Origin: a virus
Lineage: Duplodnaviria > Heunggongvirae > Uroviricota > Caudoviricetes
Virus record (IMG/VR): IMGVR_UViG_3300012983_000030
Direction: 5' to 3' (one strand)
DNA: 64,000 nt
Both the position numbers and the translations under genes were made by a program. The notes under the pieces are model-generated. The model was not told the DNA's origin. It saw only the letters and a list, made by a program, of their open reading frames with translations, and did not search any database. How positions within the stretch are numbered: position 1 is the first letter of the stretch; every line of letters starts with the position of its first letter. This document shows, piece after piece, positions 18,464 through 28,615 of this stretch.

Positions 18464-19612
18464 ATGATTATACAGGATATTTATGATTTAGAAATATTTA
18501 TAGATGATTTAAACATCTTTGATACTTCTGCTGCTTCATTTGTAAGAGCAGATATCTTTGAATCTATCTCTAATCCCATTCCTACTTGTAATCTTGAAGT
18601 ATTTTTACCCATTGACTTTATAGATAAACGTTCAATAGTAGATGGCACTTTAATTAAATTTCATATTAGTTCAAAAACATTAAAATTAGATGAAGAATAT
18701 AAATTTAGACTTTTTAATATTAAAGAATTAGAATTACAACATAAATATATGCATGTTATTTTAGAAGGAGTAATTGATTTTTATAATGGATACTCTAGTG
18801 CCAATAAATATAATATGTATGCTACAACATCTAATGTTTTTCAAAAAATTGCTTCCGATTATAATTTAACAAGTGATATAGATAGCACAAACGATGCTCA
18901 ATTATGGGTAGCAGGTCAAAATACAATTTACCAATATATGAATATTTTAGCTCAAAAAGGCTGGATAAATGAAACATCTGGAATGTTTTGGTGTTTTGAT
19001 CGCCAAAAACGTTTACTTTATAAAAATTTAACAACTTTATTTAGAGAACGTCAAGAAAAAATTTATACTTTTGTTCAAACTCCTACTCCAAATTTACAAA
19101 ATAAAGAGTTTGGATATACTTTTGCTAAAGCTTCTTTACAATCTGGTACTAATAATTTGAGAAATGAAGGTTATGGTGGCACAGATTATTATTTTGATTT
19201 ACTAACATATGGTCCAAAAGAAGCTTTTTCTAAAAAAGTAGTAGCTGAAAGTAAAATAATTAATATTTCTAAAGAATTATCACAAGGTTTAGATGAAGAA
19301 TTTTTACCTTTTGACGTTGGTAATTTTAATCCAAATTATTACAACGCTATAAAGCAAAATAGAAGAATTTTATCAACATATTCTTCATATGTTACATTAG
19401 AAAGTCAGTTCTTTCAACCATATAGACTTGCACAAATTGTAAATTTAAGTTTAATAGATGCACAATATCAAGATGCACAAGTAAAAGCGTTAAGTGGTAC
19501 TTATATGATAGATGCTATTCATTTAGATATTAGCTTAAAAGCCATTACAAGCATGGTAGAAATCGTAATGCAAGGTCTAAATGGTAAAGCTTTAACTAGA
19601 GAGGTATACTAA
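18464..19612 (+). CDS. Baseplate hub protein (gp27-like)
   Basis: Lies between gp53-like and spike genes; I.ESI..P, SG.Y.I..I.H motifs. Confidence 0.65.
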   Translation: MIIQDIYDLEIFIDDLNIFDTSAASFVRADIFESISNPIPTCNLEVFLPIDFIDKRSIVDGTLIKFHISSKTLKLDEEYKFRLFNIKELELQHKYMHVILEGVIDFYNGYSSANKYNMYATTSNVFQKIASDYNLTSDIDSTNDAQLWVAGQNTIYQYMNILAQKGWINETSGMFWCFDRQKRLLYKNLTTLFRERQEKIYTFVQTPTPNLQNKEFGYTFAKASLQSGTNNLRNEGYGGTDYYFDLLTYGPKEAFSKKVVAESKIINISKELSQGLDEEFLPFDVGNFNPNYYNAIKQNRRILSTYSSYVTLESQFFQPYRLAQIVNLSLIDAQYQDAQVKALSGTYMIDAIHLDISLKAITSMVEIVMQGLNGKALTREVY

Positions 19613-19615
19613 TAA

Positions 19616-20299
19616 ATGAGAAATTTTTTTACAAATAAAAATACCTTTCAAAATCCTCTGTTTATAGGTACAGTAGAGGATAATAATGATCCTACTCAAA
19701 ATTATAGAGTAAAAGTACGTATTGATAAGCTACACAATGAATTAATTACTACCGAACAACTACCTTGGGCAGCAAGAGTTGATACGGCTTTCATGGGAAT
19801 GAGTGATACAGCTGATTTAAATCATAAAATACCAGAAGTTGGATCCAAAGTACTCTTACTAGCAGTAGGTGATGATGTTAATTCTCTTTTGTATTTAGGT
19901 AGCTTATATAAGAAAACTCCACAAACACCTGCTGCAGAAGATTACTTAAATACATATGGTATATATAGACCAAATGGTCAATTTATTGGTATAGATAAAA
20001 TTAAAAAATTATTTCAAATGTTATTTGATGGTGATATCAACATTGATTTAATTAAAGAAATGACAATTAATGTTTCAAATAGTGTAAAAATAACTTGTCA
20101 AAATGCTAATATAAAAGCAACTCAAGTTACAATAGATGCTCCTACTACAGATATGACAGGTAACTTAAATGTAAAAGGTAATATAAAATCTATGCAAGAA
20201 GTATCTGCTATGGGAGGAGCTGTAAATTTAAGTACACATACTCATATTTATTCACCTGGTCCTGGTGGTCCTACTCCTACTGCACCTGGTCAAGGTTAA
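19616..20299 (+). CDS. Baseplate central spike (gp5/gpV-like)
   Basis: G.VEDNNDP...RVKVRI, LPWA, PEVGS.V OB fold; C-terminal HTH (HxH) metal tip. Confidence 0.85.
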   Translation: MRNFFTNKNTFQNPLFIGTVEDNNDPTQNYRVKVRIDKLHNELITTEQLPWAARVDTAFMGMSDTADLNHKIPEVGSKVLLLAVGDDVNSLLYLGSLYKKTPQTPAAEDYLNTYGIYRPNGQFIGIDKIKKLFQMLFDGDINIDLIKEMTINVSNSVKITCQNANIKATQVTIDAPTTDMTGNLNVKGNIKSMQEVSAMGGAVNLSTHTHIYSPGPGGPTPTAPGQG

Positions 20300-20337
20300 T
20301 ATAATTCAATATTTTCCTTTAGTATTTATGATAATAA

Positions 20338-20343
20338 GTTCTA
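20338..20343 (+). promoter_or_regulatory. Putative late-promoter motif GTTCTA for baseplate wedge genes
   Basis: Recurrent hexamer upstream of ATG 20387. Confidence 0.55.
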
Positions 20344-20386
20344 ATAAACAGTAATCAAACATTGTTTTATTTGTGATATATTATAA

Positions 20387-20758
20387 ATGAGTACTTATAC
20401 CGATTTAAATCCATCTTTTCGTACAAGTATAAAAGAAAATAATAGTCTTAATTATGACTTAAACTCAGTAAAAAAAGCATTATTGAGGTTATTTAGTACT
20501 GGAAAAGGCGAAGTTCCATTTAATAGAAACTATGGAACATCTTTAAAAACATTACTTTTTGAAAATAACTTACATCCAAGTGATGTAATAATGTTTTTAT
20601 ATATGGATATCACGGATTGGGAACCACGTGTTACATTAAGTCCTGCTGATATAAATATCATAAGAGTAGATAATCATTCATATAAAGTTTCCTGTAATTT
20701 TAGAGTTCCTGGCTTAAACAATGTTTCTAGCGGTGTAGAATCAATAATATCGAGATAA
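20387..20758 (+). CDS. Baseplate wedge / sheath initiator (gp25-like)
   Basis: T.KGE.PFN..YG..L..LLFE, WEPRV. Confidence 0.88.
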   Translation: MSTYTDLNPSFRTSIKENNSLNYDLNSVKKALLRLFSTGKGEVPFNRNYGTSLKTLLFENNLHPSDVIMFLYMDITDWEPRVTLSPADINIIRVDNHSYKVSCNFRVPGLNNVSSGVESIISR

Positions 20759-20762
20759 ATAA

Positions 20763-23700
20763 ATGAAATTAGATAATATTATATATGATGTAGATAGCTT
20801 AGCGGCTGCAATTAAAGAGCAATGGAATACAGAAAGTGATACTTTTAAAGCTCTTTTTCCTTCAGATACTGCTACCTTTTTAGTAAATGGTTTTGCAGCA
20901 TATGGAGCAATGTTACAATACATGCTTGTATCTGCTATGGCAAACTGCTATACTGAAACAGCTTTCTCAGAAGCTGCTATTTATCAATTAGCAAACACAC
21001 TCGGTAATGATTTACATGGAAACAATTCCGCTCAAGTAAAAGTAAAATTAACTAAACAGAATTTTAAAGGTATTAATACTATAATTCCAGCTGAAACTTT
21101 ATTTGAGATTCAAGGTAAAAAATTCTTCAATAGCAGTGCAATTATCATTCCAGCAAATAATGAAGTTGTATCTGATATTATTTTAACACAAGGTGAAGTT
21201 TTAGAATCAAACCATATTTCTTCAGGCATACCTAATGAAAAATTTTATTTTGCTTCTGATTTTAAAGCAAATAATAATATGGTACGTGTTTTTGTAAATG
21301 GTCAAGAATGGGAAGTAACAGATTCATTTATTCCTTATGATAAAAATTACGTATTAGATTCTAGTGCGTTAAATGTAGTAGTGTTAAAAACCGATCCTGA
21401 TGGTCAATCTTATATTAAAGTAGGTGATAACCAATTAGGTAATATGCCTAGTGCTGATAGTAATATTCAAATTCGCTATGTATCAAATGATGGTACAAAC
21501 GGAAATATGTCAGAAACTGATTTAGAAGGCACTTTATTAACTTCTTTAGTTTATACAGATAATTTTGGAAATCAAGATACATTAAAATTAGAAGTTTTAA
21601 CTACTTCAACTGCTTATGGCGGTTTTGGTAAACAATCTTTAGAAATCCTTCGTCAAACTTCACCATATGTATTTGCTTCTGGTCATAGAGCAATTAGAAG
21701 ACAAGATTATAACGCTTTATTACAAAATAAATGTGGATATTTAACTTCTTCTGTATGGGGTGAATATGAAGAAGCTAATAAAGTAGGTGCCTATGATTCA
21801 ATTATGATGAATATGGTATATTATACTGGTTTAAAATCATTTGAAACATATCCATATTTTGAAATAGGTAATATTTCTGATCCTACTCATTTTGAAAGTG
21901 CATTATATAGTTCACGTGGTTTTTGGGGATCATATAATATTCGTATCCAAAACTTAAAAAACACTGTTTCACCAATAGTATTTCAAGATTCTGGTGCAAA
22001 AGGTCAATTATTCATTAATAATAATGCTATTGATCCTAGAGACAGTATTTTACCAGACTGGATTAATTCTATGCAAGAAGGTTTTGAAGCTGTTCTTCCA
22101 ATGAATTACATTGTAAATCCAGGTAAATTATACAGTGTAAATGATGAATTATATGTAAATAATACTAATAATGAAATTACTCTTCGTATTAAAGAGATAG
22201 GTACAGGTGGCGAAGTTAAGAAAATAGAGTTATTAAAACGTACTGCTTCTCAACAATGGACTCCACAATCCACATCAGAAAGTGATCCAGATTTAGAAGG
22301 TGGAAGTAATCCTGTTCTTCCTGGTTTTAGTGGAGAATTGGCAGGTGAAACACCATTGTTAAATGATAGTGCTGCTTTCAGTACTTCACGCTTAGCTGGT
22401 TCTTCTACAGGTACTGGTTTACAAATCTATCTTAATTTTGAAAGAATATATTATTCAAATTTAATTACAACAAATGATGATAGAGGCGATGAAGCAGCTC
22501 CTGACCAAGATGAAAACTATAAAATTTTAAGTGCTAGATCTGATAAACCAAATGGTGATACAGCATTTTATGAAAGTTTATATACACCGACTTTATTGAA
22601 TCCGGTACAAATTATTTTAACATATGAAGATACAGTTAAATCAATCGTTGGTATTAAATTCAAAGCTACTAACCCAGCAAATGGTCCTTTCCCTGGTACT
22701 GTTGCAATGTTCGGTACAAACGAATATCCTATGCCAAGTTTAGAAAACATCAGAAACAGTAAAGATTGGGATTGTTTAATAAATCGTACTTATTTAAGTA
22801 CTCCTTGGAATAACAATAATGATAACTGGACAGATTGGATTCCTACAAATTGTTTTAAACAAACTATGGATTTATCTGGTAAGCCAGAATTTGAAAAATA
22901 CAAATACTATGTAATTGAATTCTATTCATGTGAAAATACAGATTTACATGCAGAACCACATGTTACAATAGATACTATTAAAATGATGTACTCTGAAGAT
23001 AGTTCTGTAATTTACTATGAAGATAATGGTAAATTAAATATTAATTTACCAACTGCTGGTAGTCCTGGTCCAGAAAGTCCAGATGGCTATTTAACAAATG
23101 CTTTAATAAATTCAGCAGATTATCCATTATATTCTTATGAAATAAAATTAGATGGTATTACTAGTGCAAATGGTTATAGAAATGGAAACGTATTAGCATA
23201 TGTATTTAAAAACGAAGAAACTAATACTGAATTGCCATTTCTTATAAATGTAATAAATGTAGATAATGGTACATATACTATTACTTTAAATGGTAACTCA
23301 GTTTTAACTGGTACAGAATATATTAAATCAAATGCTCCTATTCCATTAGCTGATAATCCTGTATATAATGCATATTTTGTACCAGAAACAGGAACAGTTC
23401 CTCTTGGAAATGGTGGTTCAGGTTATAGACCAAATGATATTGTTGCTTTAAATGGCACAAATGGTGAATTAAAAGTTCGTATTGCTACAGTTAATTCTGA
23501 AGGAACAGCCTTATCAGTTGTCTGGAACAAATCTATGACTATTGGTAAAAACTATGGTCCTACAGACGGTTCTGAATCAAAAAGATATGAAACTACTTTA
23601 GTTGAAAGTTTAGAAAATTCATCTGGTTCCGGTTTAGTTTTAGATATTAATACAACTTTATTATCAGGTGCGAATGGAGTACCTGGTACAAATGGTACTG

Positions 23701-24137
23701 TATCTATTTCAAGTATAAATAATTTACAAGTACAAGCTAATTTTGTTGGAAACAGAATAGACAGTCAAGATATTAATTATTTAGATCAACCTATTATAAA
23801 TGAATTCAACCACTTTACAACATTTTTAGAATTTAAACAACCTGAAATCACACAAGTTGGAATCTCTGCTGTTGTATCATTAGATATAAATGCTTCTATT
23901 ACAAGCGGTACAATTATTCAAAATATTAAAAATAATATTTTAAAATTATTTGAAATAACACCAGATTATATTGGAAAAGGATTAAAAATTTCAGATATTT
24001 ATGCTGCTATTAAAAATACACCAAATGTAAAATGGTGTAAAGTTACTTCTCCAACTGATAACATTGATATTCCAAATAATAATATTATGATTTCATCTTT
24101 CATAAATATAACAGAAACAGTTGAAGAGTTTAAATAA
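20763..24137 (+). CDS. Baseplate wedge protein (gp6/J-like) with large insertion
   Basis: TA....AI..LA..LG, QGE, G..P, GG....S.E..R, RA....DY motifs; typical C-terminus. Confidence 0.82.
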   Translation: MKLDNIIYDVDSLAAAIKEQWNTESDTFKALFPSDTATFLVNGFAAYGAMLQYMLVSAMANCYTETAFSEAAIYQLANTLGNDLHGNNSAQVKVKLTKQNFKGINTIIPAETLFEIQGKKFFNSSAIIIPANNEVVSDIILTQGEVLESNHISSGIPNEKFYFASDFKANNNMVRVFVNGQEWEVTDSFIPYDKNYVLDSSALNVVVLKTDPDGQSYIKVGDNQLGNMPSADSNIQIRYVSNDGTNGNMSETDLEGTLLTSLVYTDNFGNQDTLKLEVLTTSTAYGGFGKQSLEILRQTSPYVFASGHRAIRRQDYNALLQNKCGYLTSSVWGEYEEANKVGAYDSIMMNMVYYTGLKSFETYPYFEIGNISDPTHFESALYSSRGFWGSYNIRIQNLKNTVSPIVFQDSGAKGQLFINNNAIDPRDSILPDWINSMQEGFEAVLPMNYIVNPGKLYSVNDELYVNNTNNEITLRIKEIGTGGEVKKIELLKRTASQQWTPQSTSESDPDLEGGSNPVLPGFSGELAGETPLLNDSAAFSTSRLAGSSTGTGLQIYLNFERIYYSNLITTNDDRGDEAAPDQDENYKILSARSDKPNGDTAFYESLYTPTLLNPVQIILTYEDTVKSIVGIKFKATNPANGPFPGTVAMFGTNEYPMPSLENIRNSKDWDCLINRTYLSTPWNNNNDNWTDWIPTNCFKQTMDLSGKPEFEKYKYYVIEFYSCENTDLHAEPHVTIDTIKMMYSEDSSVIYYEDNGKLNINLPTAGSPGPESPDGYLTNALINSADYPLYSYEIKLDGITSANGYRNGNVLAYVFKNEETNTELPFLINVINVDNGTYTITLNGNSVLTGTEYIKSNAPIPLADNPVYNAYFVPETGTVPLGNGGSGYRPNDIVALNGTNGELKVRIATVNSEGTALSVVWNKSMTIGKNYGPTDGSESKRYETTLVESLENSSGSGLVLDINTTLLSGANGVPGTNGTVSISSINNLQVQANFVGNRIDSQDINYLDQPIINEFNHFTTFLEFKQPEITQVGISAVVSLDINASITSGTIIQNIKNNILKLFEITPDYIGKGLKISDIYAAIKNTPNVKWCKVTSPTDNIDIPNNNIMISSFINITETVEEFK

Positions 24138-26179
24138 TGACAAATTCTGTAACAAATGAAATAAATAAAATTAAAGGAATTGGTGATATTGTTATTTCAC
24201 CAATTGGTATGACTTCATTGTTATTTAATAATGGAATTATTCAATCTAAGACTAGATACTCAATCACAGATGGATATATTAATGTATTAGATACAGTAGA
24301 AGGTACCTTATGTTTATATCAGCATACAGATACTTGTCAGTATTATGAATATAATATATCTTTAAAAAAACCAGGTACTAAAATAGAAGGTTTTGATAAA
24401 TTTAATAACAAATTAAAAGAGTTAGATTCTAAAACTTTAATCGTATTTGTAAACGGTTATAAGTTATTACCAAATGAATTTACAATAAATAGTGATTATT
24501 CTTCTATTACTATACACTCTATGTATCCTTCTGAACAAACAAGTACAGTAATTATATATGTTTCAGAAGCAATTTTATATAAAGATCAAGTGGTAAAAGA
24601 TCCTACTTGGAATCAAACTACTCATAGTTTTGATTTAAATGATTATACTCATTTACGTTATATGTTTTTTATAAATGGACAACTTATAACCCATGATAAA
24701 ATCATAAAAACAGGTGATATTGTTACATTAAATGTGGCTATACGTGAAGGAATAGATATTGTAGATTATTATCGTTTAAGTGATGATACAAAAAACTTAT
24801 TATTTGCAGAACAACCTGGATATTTTTCTTATGGTCCTTATGATGATTATGATTTACCAGTGCCAGATGCTTATGATACTATAGTTACATTTACTAAAAT
24901 TGCTAGATTGGCAGTTGATGACTTACGTCCAGGATTTTTTATAAAAGAAGAAAATGGTGATGGTTGTTTAATGATTACTGATAATAATTATGAAACAACT
25001 TCAGTAAAAGCAATTAGCATATATCCATTTAAAAAACAAATGTATGCTAAAGAAGAATATTTTTTACAAGTACCGAATGCTAGATCTATTTTACATTATA
25101 TTTCAGAATTTGATTTACAAGGTACTTTATTCCCTGAATTGTTAGGTATTTTTCAAAAACTTTTATTAAATGAAACATATGATAGTTTACAGCGTTTAAA
25201 AAACATTCGTAGTATAAATAAAGTAGATTCTTCAAATATTAATGCTTTAATTAATTTTTTAGGTTTAAACATTAAAATTACTAACCTAACTCTTGAAAAG
25301 AAACATGCATTACTTGAAGAATTAACAAATTTCTATAAAGTTGTAGGTACAAGAGAATCATATAATTTTTATAATTTTTCGAATGATAATTCTCATATTA
25401 TTAAAATGGAACAGTTATTTACTCCAATTGAGGATTTAAATGCTGATAAAGATCCAATTAGAAGATATGTTACTTTCAGAACAGCTGAAGAACTAGGAGC
25501 GGTTTATCATCGTGAATATGTATATCCAGTAACTGATTATGGTTATGTAGGAGTAATTGCAAATCCAATAGATTCTTTGTCAAATACTCCAAACAATCCA
25601 GGAGTTTTAGAAGATCCTAATAGGCCTATTATTTTACATCCTACTCGCCATGTTTATATAACCAATGAACAAGGCGAAAATGTACTTGTTGAAAAACCAG
25701 TAGAAATGAATCAATATGTTGTTGAACCTACACCTGGTCCAAATAAACCTACTATAGATTATGGACTAGTTACTACAGAAAAAGTAGAAAACACATATGA
25801 TTATGGATTAGTTACTGATGAAATCAAAGGTAAATGGATTGAATGGTATGAATGGAATAGACCTACAAATTGGTATCCAACAAACCACGTAAATGTTGCA
25901 GTCCAAGTTCCAGCAGAAGTAGATTATGATACATTCATGAAAGAATTTAAAAATGCTTTCTATGATATAGCATCTACTGTTGTATATATACATAGTATCA
26001 TCGAAGTATATACTTTTGGTAATGAAAATCCAGGTACTGGTGGTGGCGGTGCTGGTGGAACTTATGGTAGTAACGGTACAGTAGAATACTCCATTCTTTC
26101 TACTCCTCTTTACCATGATATTACGTATAGTTTTACTAATGATCCACATCGCCAAGCAGATATTCCTGTTTTGGCATAG
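24137..26179 (+). CDS. Baseplate wedge protein (gp7/I-like)
   Basis: Follows gp6; FY..VGT..S motif; VFVNG repeats. Confidence 0.55.
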   Translation: MTNSVTNEINKIKGIGDIVISPIGMTSLLFNNGIIQSKTRYSITDGYINVLDTVEGTLCLYQHTDTCQYYEYNISLKKPGTKIEGFDKFNNKLKELDSKTLIVFVNGYKLLPNEFTINSDYSSITIHSMYPSEQTSTVIIYVSEAILYKDQVVKDPTWNQTTHSFDLNDYTHLRYMFFINGQLITHDKIIKTGDIVTLNVAIREGIDIVDYYRLSDDTKNLLFAEQPGYFSYGPYDDYDLPVPDAYDTIVTFTKIARLAVDDLRPGFFIKEENGDGCLMITDNNYETTSVKAISIYPFKKQMYAKEEYFLQVPNARSILHYISEFDLQGTLFPELLGIFQKLLLNETYDSLQRLKNIRSINKVDSSNINALINFLGLNIKITNLTLEKKHALLEELTNFYKVVGTRESYNFYNFSNDNSHIIKMEQLFTPIEDLNADKDPIRRYVTFRTAEELGAVYHREYVYPVTDYGYVGVIANPIDSLSNTPNNPGVLEDPNRPIILHPTRHVYITNEQGENVLVEKPVEMNQYVVEPTPGPNKPTIDYGLVTTEKVENTYDYGLVTDEIKGKWIEWYEWNRPTNWYPTNHVNVAVQVPAEVDYDTFMKEFKNAFYDIASTVVYIHSIIEVYTFGNENPGTGGGGAGGTYGSNGTVEYSILSTPLYHDITYSFTNDPHRQADIPVLA

Positions 26180-26216
26180 GGAATACATTAAATCAAGTAA
26201 TCATTAGGTTTTTTAA

Positions 26217-26222
26217 GTTCTA
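26217..26222 (+). promoter_or_regulatory. Putative late-promoter motif GTTCTA for fibre genes
   Basis: Recurrent hexamer upstream of ATG 26281. Confidence 0.55.
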
Positions 26223-26280
26223 TAACAATAGAATAATTCCAGCATAAAATCATATTATAAATACTTTTTTAGGAATAATA

Positions 26281-28602
26281 ATGTTAGTTTCACGTAATCA
26301 ATTAATTTCTTATGACATTGCAGATGATTTATTTTTTGCAAGACGTACAGGAGAAGGTTCCCCTATTAGTCGTAACCAATTTTTCATTACTAACCCAGCT
26401 CGTTTAGCTCCGGGTTTATATTGTGCAATTGGAAATGATGAAGATGGTTGGGAATTAGAGCAATATAATGGTGTAAACTGGGCAATTGTGCAACCAGATC
26501 CTAGCTATAGTTTGGTTATTACAAATGAAGGTTTAGCTGCTTTAACTAATGTTGCGCGAGGTGGAATTCAATTATACTTCAGTGGTATTAAAATTATTAA
26601 TAATACTGTTTTACATCCTAACATTCCATTGATTAACTGGACAGATACTAACTTATTACAAGCAGGTGAAGTTGTATTTTCAGTAGGTACTATTGGATCA
26701 CCTAATTTAAAAGATGATACAACTGGAGATCCATTACTTCCTCATGTATTAAAATGGCGTTTCAATTCTACTTCTGGTGGTTTACAGTACATTGTTGAAT
26801 TACCTCCAGAAGGTTTAGGAGCTATCTCAGATAACGGTAAAGAAGAATGGAATATTGGTGCAATCGGTTTATACGTAAAAGATCCATCAAATAATACTTC
26901 TGATATATTATTTGGTATTGCTTCTTTACCGTCAGTTGTTAAAAAATATAGTACAACTGTTGATAGAGTTGGTAATACAATTAAATTATACTTTAATACA
27001 GTATTAACTAACTTAGGTTTTGTATCTAATTTACAAGTAATGTCTGAAGGTGAACAAAATATACCTGAAGTTCCTAATGAATCTTTATTGTTATATCCAA
27101 ACGATCCTAGAAAACGTCCATATAACTGTTATGTAGTAGATAGTTTATATGGTACTGGAATTCCAGCATTGGCTGTTCCACGTAATGCAAATATTACTGT
27201 AACAGAAACACAAAATGGTGAATTACAATACGCATATAATCAAGATATAGATTGGGCTTTCTTCCAACCTACAGATAATTTTATTAATGCTGATCCAAGT
27301 CAATTCACAAACCGTGTAAGTAATTATATGTTTGTATATTGGAATGCAACATTAGAAAAATATGATTTAGCTGAAGGTAAAACATACGAAGAGCAAGGTA
27401 ATAATGCATTAATGCCTATCGGTATTCGAATCGGTAATAGTGTTGTCTTTTCTGGTGAAATTGTAAACAAAAGCATTTCTTATCAATATACTGTTTCTTT
27501 AGCAAACGGTGGTGCAGATTATGCAGTTGGTGATGAATTATTAATTTTAGCTGCTGATGGTTTAACATTCAAAATAAGAATTGTAGCCATTGATCAAAAT
27601 GGTACAATTACTGAATTTGCATTTTTAGGTCCTTCAGTAGGTAACGTAAGTATTCCAAGTAATCCTACTATTTTACCAGCCATATATGATCCACGTTCTC
27701 AATTACCTCGTTATGGTAACGGTGCTAGATTTACAGTATCACAACTTGAACAACCTACATATAGATGGCAGTTTCCTGCAAATTGGTTAAATAAACCTGT
27801 TTATTGTGGTGATGATGCAAATGCTGGTAAACCAGTATTAGAAAAAAATGATTCATTCTTAGGTTGGGTAACTAGTACAAATAGTATTCGTTTAGCTTTG
27901 GATTTAAGAAATGAAGCAAGTCAAGAAGTATATGGTACCACAAGATATGCTACAAACGAAGAAGTAAAAGAAGTAGTTACTCATGTAAATGCTAGTGAAC
28001 AAACAGCTGTTATGCCTTCAACATTAAAAGCAAATTATTTACAAACTTCATTACCATTAAATCAAAATCAAACAGGTAGTAGTTTAGCAAATCCAATTAA
28101 TGTTGAATCATATGTTCGTTTTGATAAAGTAGTTCTTGGTAAAAATACAGTGGCTCCATATAACAGCACTAGTAAGAACCCATATGTTACAGATGATGAT
28201 ATTTCTTTTTATGGTATGGCGTTTAGAGCATGGTGGGCCGACCTTGCGGAATTTTATGAAGCAGACCAATTCTACGAACCAGGTACCTTAATTACTATGG
28301 GTAAAGGATTAAAAGAAATTTCTATTGCTACAGATGAATGTAATGGTATTATTTCAACAAATCCTGGTTATCAATTAGGTGAAAAGAAATCAGATTTACA
28401 TTTACCTGTTGCTTTGGTTGGACGTGTTCCAGTGTTATTTGATGGACACTGTATGCCTAAATTTGGTGATAGAATTTATTTATCTAAAATTAAAAAAGGT
28501 TGCGCATCTACTGTTGAAAATGGAAGATGTTTAGGAAAAATTATTGCAAAAAGTTTTGGTACATCTAAATTAATTGAATGTGCTGTAAGAATAGATTTTT
28601 AA
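26281..28602 (+). CDS. Tail fibre / baseplate attachment protein
   Basis: ITNEGLAA...IGAIGLY tail-collar-like N-terminus; C-terminal ADLAE.YE..GT...VALVGRVPV chaperone-like domain. Confidence 0.7.
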   Translation: MLVSRNQLISYDIADDLFFARRTGEGSPISRNQFFITNPARLAPGLYCAIGNDEDGWELEQYNGVNWAIVQPDPSYSLVITNEGLAALTNVARGGIQLYFSGIKIINNTVLHPNIPLINWTDTNLLQAGEVVFSVGTIGSPNLKDDTTGDPLLPHVLKWRFNSTSGGLQYIVELPPEGLGAISDNGKEEWNIGAIGLYVKDPSNNTSDILFGIASLPSVVKKYSTTVDRVGNTIKLYFNTVLTNLGFVSNLQVMSEGEQNIPEVPNESLLLYPNDPRKRPYNCYVVDSLYGTGIPALAVPRNANITVTETQNGELQYAYNQDIDWAFFQPTDNFINADPSQFTNRVSNYMFVYWNATLEKYDLAEGKTYEEQGNNALMPIGIRIGNSVVFSGEIVNKSISYQYTVSLANGGADYAVGDELLILAADGLTFKIRIVAIDQNGTITEFAFLGPSVGNVSIPSNPTILPAIYDPRSQLPRYGNGARFTVSQLEQPTYRWQFPANWLNKPVYCGDDANAGKPVLEKNDSFLGWVTSTNSIRLALDLRNEASQEVYGTTRYATNEEVKEVVTHVNASEQTAVMPSTLKANYLQTSLPLNQNQTGSSLANPINVESYVRFDKVVLGKNTVAPYNSTSKNPYVTDDDISFYGMAFRAWWADLAEFYEADQFYEPGTLITMGKGLKEISIATDECNGIISTNPGYQLGEKKSDLHLPVALVGRVPVLFDGHCMPKFGDRIYLSKIKKGCASTVENGRCLGKIIAKSFGTSKLIECAVRIDF

Positions 28603-28615
28603 AGGAAAATAAATA

